Numbered from the stretch's first letter, positions 48,933 to 59,878 are shown. The stretch: DNA of 64,000 nt from Oscillospiraceae bacterium (GCA_015064855.1 SVRK01000006.1:6698-70697), one strand, 5' to 3'. Notes: a model not told the origin generated them from the letters alone. Numbers and translations: made by a program.

Positions 48933-49934
48933 TCAGCTTGGATATGCGTTTAATGCTTCGTCGGCACGCACTCCGTCTAAAAATTCATAATACCCCTGTG
49001 CGCCAATCATTGCGGCATTGTCACCGCAAAGAGATAATTCGGGCGCGTAAAATGTTGCGCCAATCTCGTTAGCGACCGAGGTGAGCGCTTCTCTTATATG
49101 TGAATTTGCGCTAACTCCACCGGCTAAAACGATTTTATCGTAGCCTGTTTTAATAAGGGCATCACGCACCTTTTGTCTTATAGATTCGGTTATGGTGTAG
49201 GTAACGGAGGCACAAACGTCCTCTTTGGAAAATTCCTCGCCCTTTTGATTTTTCGTGTTTAAGTAGTTTATAACCGCGGTTTTAAGTCCACTAAATGAAA
49301 AGTCAAGAGTATCCTTATTTATGCTTGGAGAGGGGAAGGAAATTGCGTGCTTGTCCCCTGCCTTTGCTAGCTTATCAACCATAGCTCCACCCGGATAAGG
49401 CAGACCCATAACGCGACCGATTTTATCGAAGCATTCGCCCACCGCGTCATCACGCGTTGATGCAATTTCGGTGAACTCTGTGTATGATTTTATATCAAAA
49501 AACGATGTGTGACCGCCCGAAACAACGAGCGAAAGAAAGGGAGGCTCAAGCTCCTTGTGAGTTAAGTAGTTTGCCGCCACGTGTCCTTTGATGTGGTCAA
49601 CAGGCACAAGAGGAATGTTGTTTGCGTAGGCAAGAGATTTTGCAAAGTTCACGCCCACCAAAAGAGCACCAATAAGCCCGGGGCCGTTTGTAACCGCAAT
49701 TAAGTCAATGTCCTTGATAGTGACGCCTGCAACATCAAGCGCCTCGTAAGTTATTTTTGAAATTGCCTCGATGTGTGCACGACTCGCAATTTCGGGCACG
49801 ACTCCGCCGTAAAGTGCCTGTATGTCAACGGAAGAGGCAATAATATTTGATTTTACCAAGCGAGAGGACTCGCTCATTTCCAAAACCGCACAGGCGGTTT
49901 CGTCACAAGAGGATTCAAAGGATAAAACTAACAT
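48933..49934 (-). CDS. tsaD: tRNA N6-adenosine threonylcarbamoyltransferase
   Basis: ESSCDET, GGVVPEIASRAH, HIKGH, SGGH and DNAAMI motifs. Confidence 0.95.
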   Translation of the reverse strand: MLVLSFESSCDETACAVLEMSESSRLVKSNIIASSVDIQALYGGVVPEIASRAHIEAISKITYEALDVAGVTIKDIDLIAVTNGPGLIGALLVGVNFAKSLAYANNIPLVPVDHIKGHVAANYLTHKELEPPFLSLVVSGGHTSFFDIKSYTEFTEIASTRDDAVGECFDKIGRVMGLPYPGGAMVDKLAKAGDKHAISFPSPSINKDTLDFSFSGLKTAVINYLNTKNQKGEEFSKEDVCASVTYTITESIRQKVRDALIKTGYDKIVLAGGVSANSHIREALTSVANEIGATFYAPELSLCGDNAAMIGAQGYYEFLDGVRADEALNAYPS

Positions 49935-49953
49935 AAAACCTCACTCCTTTTTG

Positions 49954-50403
49954 TTATTCTAAAATTAAGTTCATCAGCAGTGCATCTTCTGTGGGTAGAG
50001 AATAATGATTTTTAGACACTCCCACCGCCGAAAAGCCGAAATTTTCGTATAATTTAATGGCTGGTATATTTGACACGCGCACCTCTAAAAACAGCTTGCA
50101 AACCTCATTTTGCTTGCAATGCTCAAGTAATTTTTCAATTAGAAGAGTTCCAATGCCCATTTTTCGCGTGTCGGGACTAACTGCAACGTTTACAATTTGA
50201 CATTCGTCAAGAATTTTTGTAAAGCTAATGTAACCAAGTACGTTTTCACCTGCTTTAGCAACGAAAAAATTCCAAATTGGATTGCTTATATATTCTAAAA
50301 TATTAGCCTCGGAAAAGGGTGTTGAAAAGCATTCCTTTTCAATTTTTGCGACACTGGGTGCGTCTTTTTCGGAAATTTGCTCTATTTTTATATTGCTTTT
50401 CAT
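49954..50403 (-). CDS. rimI: Ribosomal-protein alanine N-acetyltransferase
   Basis: NVAV..RKMGIG, LEVRVSN..AIKLY..GF and EDALLM motifs; ATG 50403. Confidence 0.85.
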   Translation of the reverse strand: MKSNIKIEQISEKDAPSVAKIEKECFSTPFSEANILEYISNPIWNFFVAKAGENVLGYISFTKILDECQIVNVAVSPDTRKMGIGTLLIEKLLEHCKQNEVCKLFLEVRVSNIPAIKLYENFGFSAVGVSKNHYSLPTEDALLMNLILE

Positions 50404-50404
50404 A

Positions 50405-50893
50405 TTAATAGCCGAATTTTCCCGAAAGGCTGTCATCGTCCTTAATCCAGTCGCCAACGATAACCTCGGTGTAATCGGTTTTTGTGTTTCTGATGATTAC
50501 CCTTGAAATGCCGGCGTTTATAATTTGACGCTTACACATCATACAGCTGTTCATACCGCCTATAATCTCGTCGGTTTTTGGGTCGGTACAGCACATATAT
50601 AGGGTTGCACCAAGCATTTGCTCACGGGAAGCTGCAATTATAGCGTTTGCCTCTGCATGCACGCTACGGCATAATTCATATCTTTCGCCCTTTGGAATTC
50701 CTAGGGTGTCACGGTAGCATGAGCCAAGCTCGTTGCAGTTTACACGTCCTCTTGGTGCACCGTTATAGCCTGTTGAAACGATAACGTCGTTTTTAACAAT
50801 AATTGCACCGAAGCGACGGCGAAGACAGGTGCTTCTTTCAGATACTGTCTCTGCAATATCAAGATAGTAGTTGTGTTTAGATACTCTTTCCAT
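50405..50893 (-). CDS. dCMP deaminase family protein
   Basis: STCLRR, GYNG, HAEANA and CMMC motifs. Confidence 0.85.
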   Translation of the reverse strand: MERVSKHNYYLDIAETVSERSTCLRRRFGAIIVKNDVIVSTGYNGAPRGRVNCNELGSCYRDTLGIPKGERYELCRSVHAEANAIIAASREQMLGATLYMCCTDPKTDEIIGGMNSCMMCKRQIINAGISRVIIRNTKTDYTEVIVGDWIKDDDSLSGKFGY

Positions 50894-50903
50894 AGTAGCT
50901 CCT

Positions 50904-53009
50904 TTAATTAAAATCAAATACGACCTTGCCGTTTTCATCTAGCCTTAAGACCGCATCGAAGGATTTTCCGTTTTTTGAAACGAAGCCTTGAATTTTGCTC
51001 GTTTTTCCCGTAGCCAAAAGCATTTTCACGTTTGAAAGGGAAATTACGCGCTTGCAAATTGATTTATTGATTGAGAATTTACAGCCTTCCTTGTAGCCGG
51101 TACAGCCGTAGCCAAATTTGGTTCTTATAACATCTCTCTCACAAAGAGGACATTTGCCGACAACCTCACCAAAAATGCCAATGTTTGTGTCCTTTTCTGG
51201 CTCGGCATCCTTGGAATTTTCAAAAACCTCGCCGATTTCACGCTTTGCAAGGTCAACGCTGTCGTCAATGGTTATTTCACTTCTATATACCTTTTTAAGA
51301 GCCTGACCCATTTGGCTTGTTTTATATTTGTCCATTATAATTCCAAGCTGTGAAAGCGCTTCGATTAGATATTCGCCATCTGGCAAAATGTAATACGAGT
51401 CTTTTTTGAGCATTATGTATGCGCTTTTGCACGCATTTTCTATTATTCCCGTTCTTGTTGCCTCTGTGCCAAGCTCCAAGCCCTCGAATATAGCCTTGTA
51501 GTCCTCGTCGTCACTCTCGTCTGCATTTGCCTTATCCTCTTTAAATGGATTTTTAAGATAGTTATTAAGAGTTTCAATTGTGTAATGCTTTGGCGGAGTG
51601 GTTTCCTTTTCTTGAGGCTTGAAATTAATGTTTACCTTGTCGCCCTTTGAAAGCTTTGGCAAAATTTTATCCTTTGGAGTATAGTCGTCAAATTTTGTCC
51701 AACCGGCTTGGGTAATAACCGTGCCCTTTAAAACAAACTCCTCGTAGTCGCCAACCTTGATTTTGATTTCACTACGCTCAATTTTACATTCTTCAGCGCA
51801 GAAAACCGCAACAAAACGACGTAAAATTGTGGAATAAACCTGTCTTTCTCGCTCGGTTAACGACTTGGGGTCCGGAATTTTATAAGTAGGGGTAAGAGCA
51901 GAGTGGGACTCGATTTTCGAGTCGTCAAAAATTGATTTTGAAAATCTAAACTCCACAGGGTAGCCCATTTTTGCTACGTTTGCAATGATGGACTTCATCT
52001 TTCCCTGCTCAGCGGTTGCTAAATATTCGGAGTTAGTACGTGGATAAGTTACGTAGCCCTCCTCATAAAGCTTTTGAACGGTGGATAATGAATCATCCAT
52101 TGACATTTTATATTTTTTACCAAGATAACTCTGCAATTTTGAAAGTGAAAATAATTTCGGCGGGGAGAGTGTGTCTTTTTTTGTTTTAACCGAGGTTACA
52201 ATCGCATCAGCACCGTTGTATTTTGTGCATTCGTCAAGCGCCTTTAAATATTCGTCCTTGGTGAATTTTTGCTTTGAGGTTAAATCGACAAACTCGTCGT
52301 TTGTTTTTTCATGCGATGAGATAACGTAATATTTTTGAGGAACAAAGTTCCTAATTTCCATATCTCTGTCGTAAATCGCCTTAACAATAGGTACAATAAC
52401 TCTGCCTACACGCAAAAGCTTTCCTGTTTTCAGCGTTGCAAAACGAGTTAGGTTTACACCGTAAAGCCAGTCAATATATGTTCTTGCAAAGCCCTCGTTT
52501 GCCAAGGAAATATATTCCGTTTCATTTTTCATATCCGAAAGTGCCTCTGAAATTGTTTCGGGCGTTTGGTCAGGAAGCCATAAGCGAACAAAGCTCTTAT
52601 CACTTTCCAAAGCGTGCTCAACGCAAAGTCGCACAATGATTTCACCCTCGCGGTCTGCGTCTCCCGCGTTTACTATGGTGTCAATGTTGGCTCTGTTGCA
52701 GAGGTATTTTATAGTGTTGAATTGTTTTTTTACACCAGGGTCAACTTCCTTGCTTGCGTTTCTTTTTAGATTGAACTTAAACTTGTTAGGGAAGCATGGA
52801 AGATTGTCCATTGTCCATTTTGGTTGTGGATTTTCTACGTAATCCTCAATGTCGGCAAGGGAGAATAAATGACCGAAAACCCAAGTGACAACGTAGTCGC
52901 CACCCTCGTAATATCCGTCACGCTTTACCATTTTGTTGCCCTGCAAGCGCGCAATTCCAGCAAGAATGTTTCTTGCAAGCGATGGCTTTTCAGCGATTAT
53001 GAGCTTCAT
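50904..53009 (-). CDS. topB: Type IA DNA topoisomerase (topoisomerase III-like)
   Basis: IIAEKPS, DADREGE, YPRT catalytic Tyr, GTEATR, C-terminal zinc-ribbon repeat. Confidence 0.85.
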   Translation of the reverse strand: MKLIIAEKPSLARNILAGIARLQGNKMVKRDGYYEGGDYVVTWVFGHLFSLADIEDYVENPQPKWTMDNLPCFPNKFKFNLKRNASKEVDPGVKKQFNTIKYLCNRANIDTIVNAGDADREGEIIVRLCVEHALESDKSFVRLWLPDQTPETISEALSDMKNETEYISLANEGFARTYIDWLYGVNLTRFATLKTGKLLRVGRVIVPIVKAIYDRDMEIRNFVPQKYYVISSHEKTNDEFVDLTSKQKFTKDEYLKALDECTKYNGADAIVTSVKTKKDTLSPPKLFSLSKLQSYLGKKYKMSMDDSLSTVQKLYEEGYVTYPRTNSEYLATAEQGKMKSIIANVAKMGYPVEFRFSKSIFDDSKIESHSALTPTYKIPDPKSLTERERQVYSTILRRFVAVFCAEECKIERSEIKIKVGDYEEFVLKGTVITQAGWTKFDDYTPKDKILPKLSKGDKVNINFKPQEKETTPPKHYTIETLNNYLKNPFKEDKANADESDDEDYKAIFEGLELGTEATRTGIIENACKSAYIMLKKDSYYILPDGEYLIEALSQLGIIMDKYKTSQMGQALKKVYRSEITIDDSVDLAKREIGEVFENSKDAEPEKDTNIGIFGEVVGKCPLCERDVIRTKFGYGCTGYKEGCKFSINKSICKRVISLSNVKMLLATGKTSKIQGFVSKNGKSFDAVLRLDENGKVVFDFN

Positions 53010-53147
53010 AAAAATTCTCCTTTCCTATTGAAAATTATGCGACAAAAAATGTCGATACAAAATAATTTTAGCATATAATTTTATATTTTTCAAGTAAAAT
53101 ATATAAAATATAGAAGCGCAGGGTGGTAAACCTCTGCGCTTTTAACT

Positions 53148-53354
53148 TTATTTTTCTTTCTTTTCTAGCTTTTCTCGGGTCCCGTCAGGACGTTCAATTA
53201 CGGTGCTTCCAAGGGTTGCACGCAGATTTCTGCGGTATCCCTCCAAATATTCCTCATAAAGCGCCTTTTGCTCGTCTTGTTCAGCTTGGGTTAAACCCTC
53301 GGCTTTCTTTTTCTTTGCCAGAAAATTAATTCTATCTATTTTAGCTTGTTCCAT
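53148..53354 (-). CDS. DUF896 (YnzC/UPF0291) protein
   Basis: KIDRINFLAKKKKAEGLT..EQKAL..EYL. Confidence 0.85.
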   Translation of the reverse strand: MEQAKIDRINFLAKKKKAEGLTQAEQDEQKALYEEYLEGYRRNLRATLGSTVIERPDGTREKLEKKEK

Positions 53355-53402
53355 AAAATTTCCTTAATTTGCTCGTTTCACTCCCGCAAGACATGGTGAC
53401 TT

Positions 53403-54497
53403 TTAATCTAATTCAGTTTTGCAAATTATTCCACCGCCGATTACAGTGTCGCCATCATATAAAACCACGCTCTGTCCCTTGCAAATTGCCCTTTGCGGTT
53501 CGTCAAAAACAACGTGTAAAATGCCGTTTTTTAGACACGCAGTGGCACTTTTTTCAATTTGATTATATCTAACCTTTGCAAAACAACGGATAGGCTCATC
53601 TATTGAGTCAACTGCTGTTAAATTTACGTTATCCGCCCAAAGCTCGTGAGAAAAGAGGTCCTCGTTTTCGCCTATTACAACCTCGTTTTTCTCCAGGTCC
53701 TTTTTTATGACGTACATAGAGTGGGGAAGCGCTAGCCCAAGTCCCTTTCTTTGTCCGATAGTGTATCTTATTATACCCTTGTGTTTGCCTAAAAATTTGC
53801 CGTCTTTTGTGACAAAATCTCCCACAGGGTAGGACTTTTTTGTATAATCCTCTATAAATTTGGCGTAATCTCCATCTGGCACGAAGCAAATATCCTGACT
53901 TTCCTTTTTCGCCCCCAATTCAAGCTCGTATGCGTCTACGATTTCACGCGTTTCCGTCTTTGATTCGATTTTTCCGAGCGGAAAAATGGTCTTCTCAATT
54001 TTCTCGCGAGAAAGCCTGTATAAAACGTAGCTTTGGTCCTTTGATAGGTTTTTTGCCTTCTTCAAAACCTTGCGACCATACTTTTCGTCGTATTCAATTA
54101 TTGCATAGTGACCGGTGGCAATTAAATCGCAGCCGATTTTTTTTGCAAACTCAAAAAGCCTGTCAAATTTTAAGTGAAAATTGCATTCAATACAAGGATT
54201 GGGAGTTGCACCGTTTTCATATGAAGAAATGAAATTAGAAATAACGTATTTGTCAAAATCCTTTGAAAAATCAACCACGTGGTGCGGTATTTCTAATTTT
54301 TTACATATTTTTTGTGCATCCAAAATATCACTCTCGCCCGAGCATTTGGAGCTTTTATCGGTGTGTAGGCGCATTGTTGCACCTACACACTCATATCCTT
54401 CATTTTTTAATATACACGCACAAGCGGAGCTATCAACACCGCCACTCATGGCTACTAATAATTTTTCCAATTTAAAATACGTAGCTTCCTTTCTCAA
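53403..54497 (-). CDS. mnmA: tRNA 2-thiouridylase (true start may be TTG 54470)
   Basis: AMSGGVDS, TPNPCIECN, ATGHY, KDQSY, ESQDICF and TIGQRKG motifs. Confidence 0.95.
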   Translation of the reverse strand: MRKEATYFKLEKLLVAMSGGVDSSACACILKNEGYECVGATMRLHTDKSSKCSGESDILDAQKICKKLEIPHHVVDFSKDFDKYVISNFISSYENGATPNPCIECNFHLKFDRLFEFAKKIGCDLIATGHYAIIEYDEKYGRKVLKKAKNLSKDQSYVLYRLSREKIEKTIFPLGKIESKTETREIVDAYELELGAKKESQDICFVPDGDYAKFIEDYTKKSYPVGDFVTKDGKFLGKHKGIIRYTIGQRKGLGLALPHSMYVIKKDLEKNEVVIGENEDLFSHELWADNVNLTAVDSIDEPIRCFAKVRYNQIEKSATACLKNGILHVVFDEPQRAICKGQSVVLYDGDTVIGGGIICKTELD

Positions 54498-56607
54498 CGC
54501 GCATTTCCTTGCCGTCTATTATGATTGTTGTGGGAGATGGCGTAGTTATTTCGTATCTGAACTTACCTCCCTCGTTAAACCAAGCGGAGGAAACAGTTCC
54601 GTATTTTGTTTCTATTTTTGCGCTTAACCATTTCAATTTCTTTGTAGGCTTTGGCGCAATTATGATTTCTTCAAATCCCGGCTTTTCTTCTACTGTCTTT
54701 ATACCGCAGGCAACACCGTAAACCCAGTCCGCAACGCTACCGAAGGCGTAGTGGTTAAAGGAGTTCATATCGCGCGACCAAAATTCGCCCTTGTCATTAA
54801 CTCCGTCCCAGTGCTCCCAAATAGTGGTTGCACCTTGCTTAACAGAGTATAACCAAGATGGGAATTCCTCCTGTAAAAGTAAATCATATGCAAGCTCGGT
54901 ATATCCGTTTTCGGATAGAGCGTGGAGCAAATAAGGAGTGCCGACAAAGCCTGTTTTGAGCTTCTTGCCATTTTCTATAATCATATTTGCTAGTTTATCT
55001 GCAACAGCCTTTTTATCCTTGGCAAAATCAAAATAAAGAGCAATTACACATTCGGTTTGCGTATTAAACTCAGTGAACCTTTCTCTGCCTTTTTCTAAAA
55101 TCTTTTCGTAAAGCTTTTCATATTTTGACACGTTTTTGCCAAGAACCTTACCCGCCTTGATAACAAGGCTGACAGAGTAAGCATAGAAAATTGTAGCAAT
55201 TATATCGGGATTGCTTGAGCCCTTATAGCTACCGGCAGGAGCATCAAGACCGAGCCAATCTCCAAAGTGCCAGCATCCGTACCAAAGGTATTTTTCCTTG
55301 GTAATTCTGCCAATTTCAGCTATATAGTCGCACATAGACTTAAACTGTCTTGCAAGAATTTTTTTATTGGCATAGGTTAAATAAATTTGCCAAGGACATA
55401 TGGTTGAAGCGTCGCTCCAAACAGCTGTTGAGCTTCCCGGACGGTCGTGCACCTGAGGAATGCAGAATGGAATTCGTCCCTCACGCTGTTGCTCAAGACG
55501 AAGGTCCTCAAGCCATTTGTCAAAGAATTTTTCTACATTATAGTTATATGACGCGGTTTTTATAAATACCTGCGCATCTCCCGTCCAGCCAAGTCGTTCA
55601 TCTCTTTGAGGACAGTCGGTGGGAACGTCAAGGAAATTGCCCTTTTGTCCCCAAATAATATTTGAAAACAGCTTGTTAAGAAGTGGACTTGAAGAATTTA
55701 GGTAGCCGGTTCTTTTTATATCGGAATGAAGAACGATTGCCTTAATATTGTCTTTTGTAATTTCACAGGGAAACTTGTCAACGCGGATATATCTAAAGCC
55801 CCAGAAGCATAGCTTTGGCTTATATACCTGATGTCCGTTTGCACATATATAATCAAACTTAGCCTTTGCGCTGCGGTAGTTTTCCGTGTAGAAATTGCCG
55901 TCCTTGTCAAGCACCTCGGCAACGGAGAAGGAAACCTTATCGCCTTTTTTTGCATCAAGGCTGATTTCAAAATATCCCGTCATATTTTGACCGAAATCGA
56001 TGACCGTTTCACCTTTTGGAGTTTTAAATATGCTTTTGGGGAAAATGATTTCTTGCTCTTTAACAATTTCGCCCTGTTGTTTAACTATTTTAAATTCGCC
56101 GTAGTCTTGTACCTTTACGGGAATAAATTTTTCCTCATACGTAGCATCATAGCTTTCGCCGTCGTAAATATCAGAAAACGTAATTTTGCTAAGAGCACAT
56201 TCCCAATTTTCGTCTGAGTAAATATATTTCCTTGAATTATCCTTATATATAATCTCAATTTCGCAAATAAGTGCAGGATAAACGTCGGGAAGCTCTTTTC
56301 TTGTTCTTATATTAATTCTGCCGTTAAACCAACCTGAGGCAAGCGTTACTCTGATTTCGTTTTCACTCTTCAACATAGATGTAATATCATATTCTTGCAT
56401 TTGAGTGCGCTTGTAGTAGGTCCAGCCCGGTGCCAAAATAAAATCACCGATTCTATCTCCGTTAAGCTCGGCGTAGTAGCATCCGAGGGATGTGATTTTT
56501 AAGGTTGCTTTTTTTATTTCCTTAGAAAAGGTGAAATTCTTTTTAAATACGGGGCAGGTGTAGTCCTGTTTAGTGGGATAGGAAATCCATTTGGAGTTAT
56601 TTAACAT
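54472..56607 (-). CDS. GH78 alpha-L-rhamnosidase
   Basis: LAPGWT, DFGQN, PTDCPQRDERLGWTGD, GATTIWE and NSFNHYAFG motifs. Confidence 0.9.
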   Translation of the reverse strand: MLNNSKWISYPTKQDYTCPVFKKNFTFSKEIKKATLKITSLGCYYAELNGDRIGDFILAPGWTYYKRTQMQEYDITSMLKSENEIRVTLASGWFNGRINIRTRKELPDVYPALICEIEIIYKDNSRKYIYSDENWECALSKITFSDIYDGESYDATYEEKFIPVKVQDYGEFKIVKQQGEIVKEQEIIFPKSIFKTPKGETVIDFGQNMTGYFEISLDAKKGDKVSFSVAEVLDKDGNFYTENYRSAKAKFDYICANGHQVYKPKLCFWGFRYIRVDKFPCEITKDNIKAIVLHSDIKRTGYLNSSSPLLNKLFSNIIWGQKGNFLDVPTDCPQRDERLGWTGDAQVFIKTASYNYNVEKFFDKWLEDLRLEQQREGRIPFCIPQVHDRPGSSTAVWSDASTICPWQIYLTYANKKILARQFKSMCDYIAEIGRITKEKYLWYGCWHFGDWLGLDAPAGSYKGSSNPDIIATIFYAYSVSLVIKAGKVLGKNVSKYEKLYEKILEKGRERFTEFNTQTECVIALYFDFAKDKKAVADKLANMIIENGKKLKTGFVGTPYLLHALSENGYTELAYDLLLQEEFPSWLYSVKQGATTIWEHWDGVNDKGEFWSRDMNSFNHYAFGSVADWVYGVACGIKTVEEKPGFEEIIIAPKPTKKLKWLSAKIETKYGTVSSAWFNEGGKFRYEITTPSPTTIIIDGKEMRVEKGSYVF

Positions 56608-56710
56608 AAAAACCTCGCATAAACATAGTTATATATCTCAATTATACCAAGGGCAAAAATAAAAATCAACAAATTACTTATAAATAAGTAAAAAAATAAT
56701 TAAAAACCTA

Positions 56711-56763
56711 TTGACAAACCTGTTTTGCTGTATTATAATGAACATATGAACAACTGCTCATAT
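56711..56763 (+). promoter_or_regulatory. SigA promoter plus SmtB/CzrA-type operator
   Basis: TTGACA(56711)-17bp-TATAAT(56734); imperfect palindrome ATATGAACAACTGCTCATAT at 56744-56763. Confidence 0.8.
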
Positions 56764-56776
56764 TTAGGAGGATAAT

Positions 56777-57103
56777 ATGGAAAACGAGAGCGTAGTATCA
56801 AAAATTCAAGGGGCTATTACCCGTAACAGTGAGCTTTTTGAGGAGCTTGCAAATCTTTACAAAATCTTTGGGGACGCATCGCGCGTTAAGATTCTTTGCG
56901 CTTTGACTCAAAGTGAAATGTGTGTTAGCGAAATCTCCGAGTTTTTATCGATAACACAGTCAGCTGTTTCGCATCAGCTCCGCATTTTGAAAACAAGCAA
57001 CCTTGTAAAAACAAGAAGAAACGGAAAGTCAATAATTTATTCCTTGACCGATGATCACGTTCGCACTATCATCGACTGTGGTATGGAGCACATAGCAGAA
57101 TAA
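56777..57103 (+). CDS. ArsR/SmtB metal-sensing repressor
   Basis: SQSAVSHQLRIL-type HTH; alpha5 site D-x-H-x10-H-x2-E. Confidence 0.9.
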   Translation: MENESVVSKIQGAITRNSELFEELANLYKIFGDASRVKILCALTQSEMCVSEISEFLSITQSAVSHQLRILKTSNLVKTRRNGKSIIYSLTDDHVRTIIDCGMEHIAE

Positions 57104-57105
57104 TA

Positions 57106-58950
57106 ATGAAAAAAACAATGCGTGAAAACAAGGCAATGATTATTAGGCTTTTAATATCCGTTTGCCTTATCATTGCAGGGCTTATACTAAACGGATTTAA
57201 TGGCTATTTCGCAATGATTTTATATCTTTGTGCGTATTTCCTTTGTGCCTATAAAATAATCGGCGGAGCTATTAAAAAGCTTTTAAAACAGGGTGAAATT
57301 GGCGAAAAAATGCTCATGACTGTTGCAACGCTGGGTGCAATAGCGACAGAAGCGTATTTTGAAGCTTCGTTTGTTATCGTTTTATATTTACTTGGCGAAT
57401 TAATTGAAGAGAGTGCCGAGGAAAAAACAAAAAGCTCTATAAAAGCATTAACCGAAATTCGTCCGATTACCGCTCGTATAAAGGGCACAAAGACTATGGT
57501 CGATATTAACAAGGTGAAGATAGGCGACGTTATTGAGGTTTATGCAGGTGAAAGAATTCCGCTTGACGGAGTTGTTTTAGAGGGCTATGCCGATATAGAT
57601 ACCGCTGTTGTCACAGGCGAGAGTGAAGCTGTGCCTGTGAGAGCAAATTCGCTTGTCTATGCAGGATATATGAATCTAAACGGCGCATTGACCATCGAGG
57701 TTCAAAGAGAGAATAACCAAAGCATGGTTCAAAGGATAATAGATATTTCCTTGAACGCCGAGTCAAAAAAATCAAAGCGTGAAGCATTTATAAAGAAATT
57801 TGCAAAAATTTATACACCGATAGTTATGGCTTTAGCGGTTTTGATAGCCGTTATACCAACGCTGTTCGGTCTTGATATGGGCACTTGGCTATATAAAGCC
57901 TTTTCACTTCTTGCAGTTTCTTGCCCATGTGCTATTGTAATTTCCGTACCGCTAGCGTATTTTTGCGCTATTGGATATGCCTCACGCAAGGGAATTTTGA
58001 TAAAGGGTGCGCGCACTCTTGAAAAGCTTACCGAGCTTAATACCATGGCATTTGATAAAACGGGAACTCTTACAAAGGCAGAGGTTAGAATAACCAAGGT
58101 TGAGTCGTTTAACGGCATTACTAAAATGGAGCTTCTTGAAATTTTAGGTATTGTTGAGAAGAAATCAACTCACCCTGTTGCACAGGCTGTGCAAAAAGAG
58201 GTTGAACGCTTTAAATTGAATATAGAAGACGGTGAAAATTATCATGAGGAGCTTGGAAGGGGAGCTGAATGTGATTCTAGCAAGGGTCATATAAAAGCAG
58301 GCACGTTTGCTTTTGCCGGAGGCGACGAGCAGTTTTCAGGCGCTACCATTTATATTTCACTTAACGGAAGATTTATTGGCTATTTCGGAGTTGGAGATAG
58401 CATTAAGGAAAACGGCAAAATCTCATTTGATAAATTGAGAACGTGCGGAATAGAGAAAATTTATATTATAAGCGGTGACAAGCAATCAAAGGTTGATGCC
58501 GTTGCAAGCACGCTTTATGCTGACGGTGCATATTCACAGCTTTTGCCGGAGCATAAGCTTGATGCTCTTGAGGACATCATAAAAACACACGAAAACGTTA
58601 AAATCGGCTACTGCGGTGATGGAGTAAATGACACCCCGTGTCTTTCCCGTGCAGACGTTGGATTTGCAATGGGTGCGCTCGGCTCTGACGTTGCTATTGA
58701 GAAGGGCGACGTTATAATAGCAGATGACGACCTTGAAAAAATTCCAAAGGCGATAAAAATTGCAAAAAGCACCAAAAGAACGATTATCACAAATATTGCC
58801 TTGGCGATTGGAATTAAGGCGTTGGTGGCTGTACTTACCTTGTCCTTGCCGTCATTCCCAATGGCACTTGCTGTTTTTGCAGACGTGGGCGTTATGTTAA
58901 TAACAGTTTTAAACGCACTTCGCGCAGGCAGAAAAATGAAAAATAAATAG
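57106..58950 (+). CDS. cadA: P1B-type heavy-metal (Zn/Cd) translocating ATPase
   Basis: TGES, CPC, DKTGT, HP, GDGVND; TM7 Lys and ADVG typical of P1B-2; no N-terminal metal-binding domain. Confidence 0.85.
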   Translation: MKKTMRENKAMIIRLLISVCLIIAGLILNGFNGYFAMILYLCAYFLCAYKIIGGAIKKLLKQGEIGEKMLMTVATLGAIATEAYFEASFVIVLYLLGELIEESAEEKTKSSIKALTEIRPITARIKGTKTMVDINKVKIGDVIEVYAGERIPLDGVVLEGYADIDTAVVTGESEAVPVRANSLVYAGYMNLNGALTIEVQRENNQSMVQRIIDISLNAESKKSKREAFIKKFAKIYTPIVMALAVLIAVIPTLFGLDMGTWLYKAFSLLAVSCPCAIVISVPLAYFCAIGYASRKGILIKGARTLEKLTELNTMAFDKTGTLTKAEVRITKVESFNGITKMELLEILGIVEKKSTHPVAQAVQKEVERFKLNIEDGENYHEELGRGAECDSSKGHIKAGTFAFAGGDEQFSGATIYISLNGRFIGYFGVGDSIKENGKISFDKLRTCGIEKIYIISGDKQSKVDAVASTLYADGAYSQLLPEHKLDALEDIIKTHENVKIGYCGDGVNDTPCLSRADVGFAMGALGSDVAIEKGDVIIADDDLEKIPKAIKIAKSTKRTIITNIALAIGIKALVAVLTLSLPSFPMALAVFADVGVMLITVLNALRAGRKMKNK

Positions 58951-59027
58951 AAAAAGAGGGTTTGAAAGCCCTCTTTTTTGTATAATGAAAACCACCATCC
59001 TAAAACGGGTGGTGGTTAAAATTTTAA

Positions 59028-59762
59028 TCAGTCCTCAAGCTTTTTCTTTTCGTCCTTGGAAAACTTATATTCAACGGATTTTCTGTCCTTTGTGTGGATA
59101 GGGTCATTGTCAACTATGGTGATGGCGCCTTCCTTTTCAATCATATAGGATTCGCCATTTTCATTTATCATTTCAACGCCGTGTATTTTCATTTCAATTT
59201 CAAGCGATTCGCAGTCTAGCAAAACACCATCACATTCAAATTTGTAGTAGCGGTATTGATATTTGTCGGCTTGGTCGCTCGCGGATAATGGGTATCTTGC
59301 AATCTCCTTAAGCTCGCTTTTGCCTTCCTCATTGGTTACATAATCGTAGGCGATAAGGTCGTATGAAACGTCGTCATAGGAAATGCCGTTTACGTTGTCT
59401 GCTTTGATTTTCGTGTTTACCTCATCAATATGGGTTTTATTGTAGCGCACACCGAATTGGATATATCCAAGACCTGTTTTCTTGCCGTTTTCATCAAGCT
59501 CGTTTATATAAACAAGCTTGGTGATTTTGATAACGCCTTGTTCACCAAGGCCCTCTGTACCAACTGAGTGGGTGCGGATGTCGTCATTGTTTTGTAGGGC
59601 ACTTTCAAGCTTTTCGGTTATAAAAACCTCGTCAAAATAGTCAAAAATAGTAGAGCGATATAGTTGTATGCCGAGGAAAATTAGAAACGTGGCAAGAGCA
59701 ACAATAAAAGCAATAGTGAATATTCTACCAACAATACTTGGTTTTCTTTTCTCGTCGTCCAT
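59028..59762 (-). CDS. Hypothetical membrane-anchored protein
   Basis: ATG 59762 after AGGAGG; single N-terminal TM. Confidence 0.65.
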   Translation of the reverse strand: MDDEKRKPSIVGRIFTIAFIVALATFLIFLGIQLYRSTIFDYFDEVFITEKLESALQNNDDIRTHSVGTEGLGEQGVIKITKLVYINELDENGKKTGLGYIQFGVRYNKTHIDEVNTKIKADNVNGISYDDVSYDLIAYDYVTNEEGKSELKEIARYPLSASDQADKYQYRYYKFECDGVLLDCESLEIEMKIHGVEMINENGESYMIEKEGAITIVDNDPIHTKDRKSVEYKFSKDEKKKLED

Positions 59763-59849
59763 TTTGCGCCCTCCTTTAGTTATTTTCCTAACTATTTTAG
59801 CACATATTTTAGTCGTGTGCAAGTTTTTTGAAAAAAATACTTAAAATAC

Positions 59850-59878
59850 TTGACAAAAGATATATTTTTATTTATAAT
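59850..59878 (+). promoter_or_regulatory. SigA promoter of yceD-rpmF
   Basis: TTGACA-17bp-TATAAT exact consensus. Confidence 0.8.
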
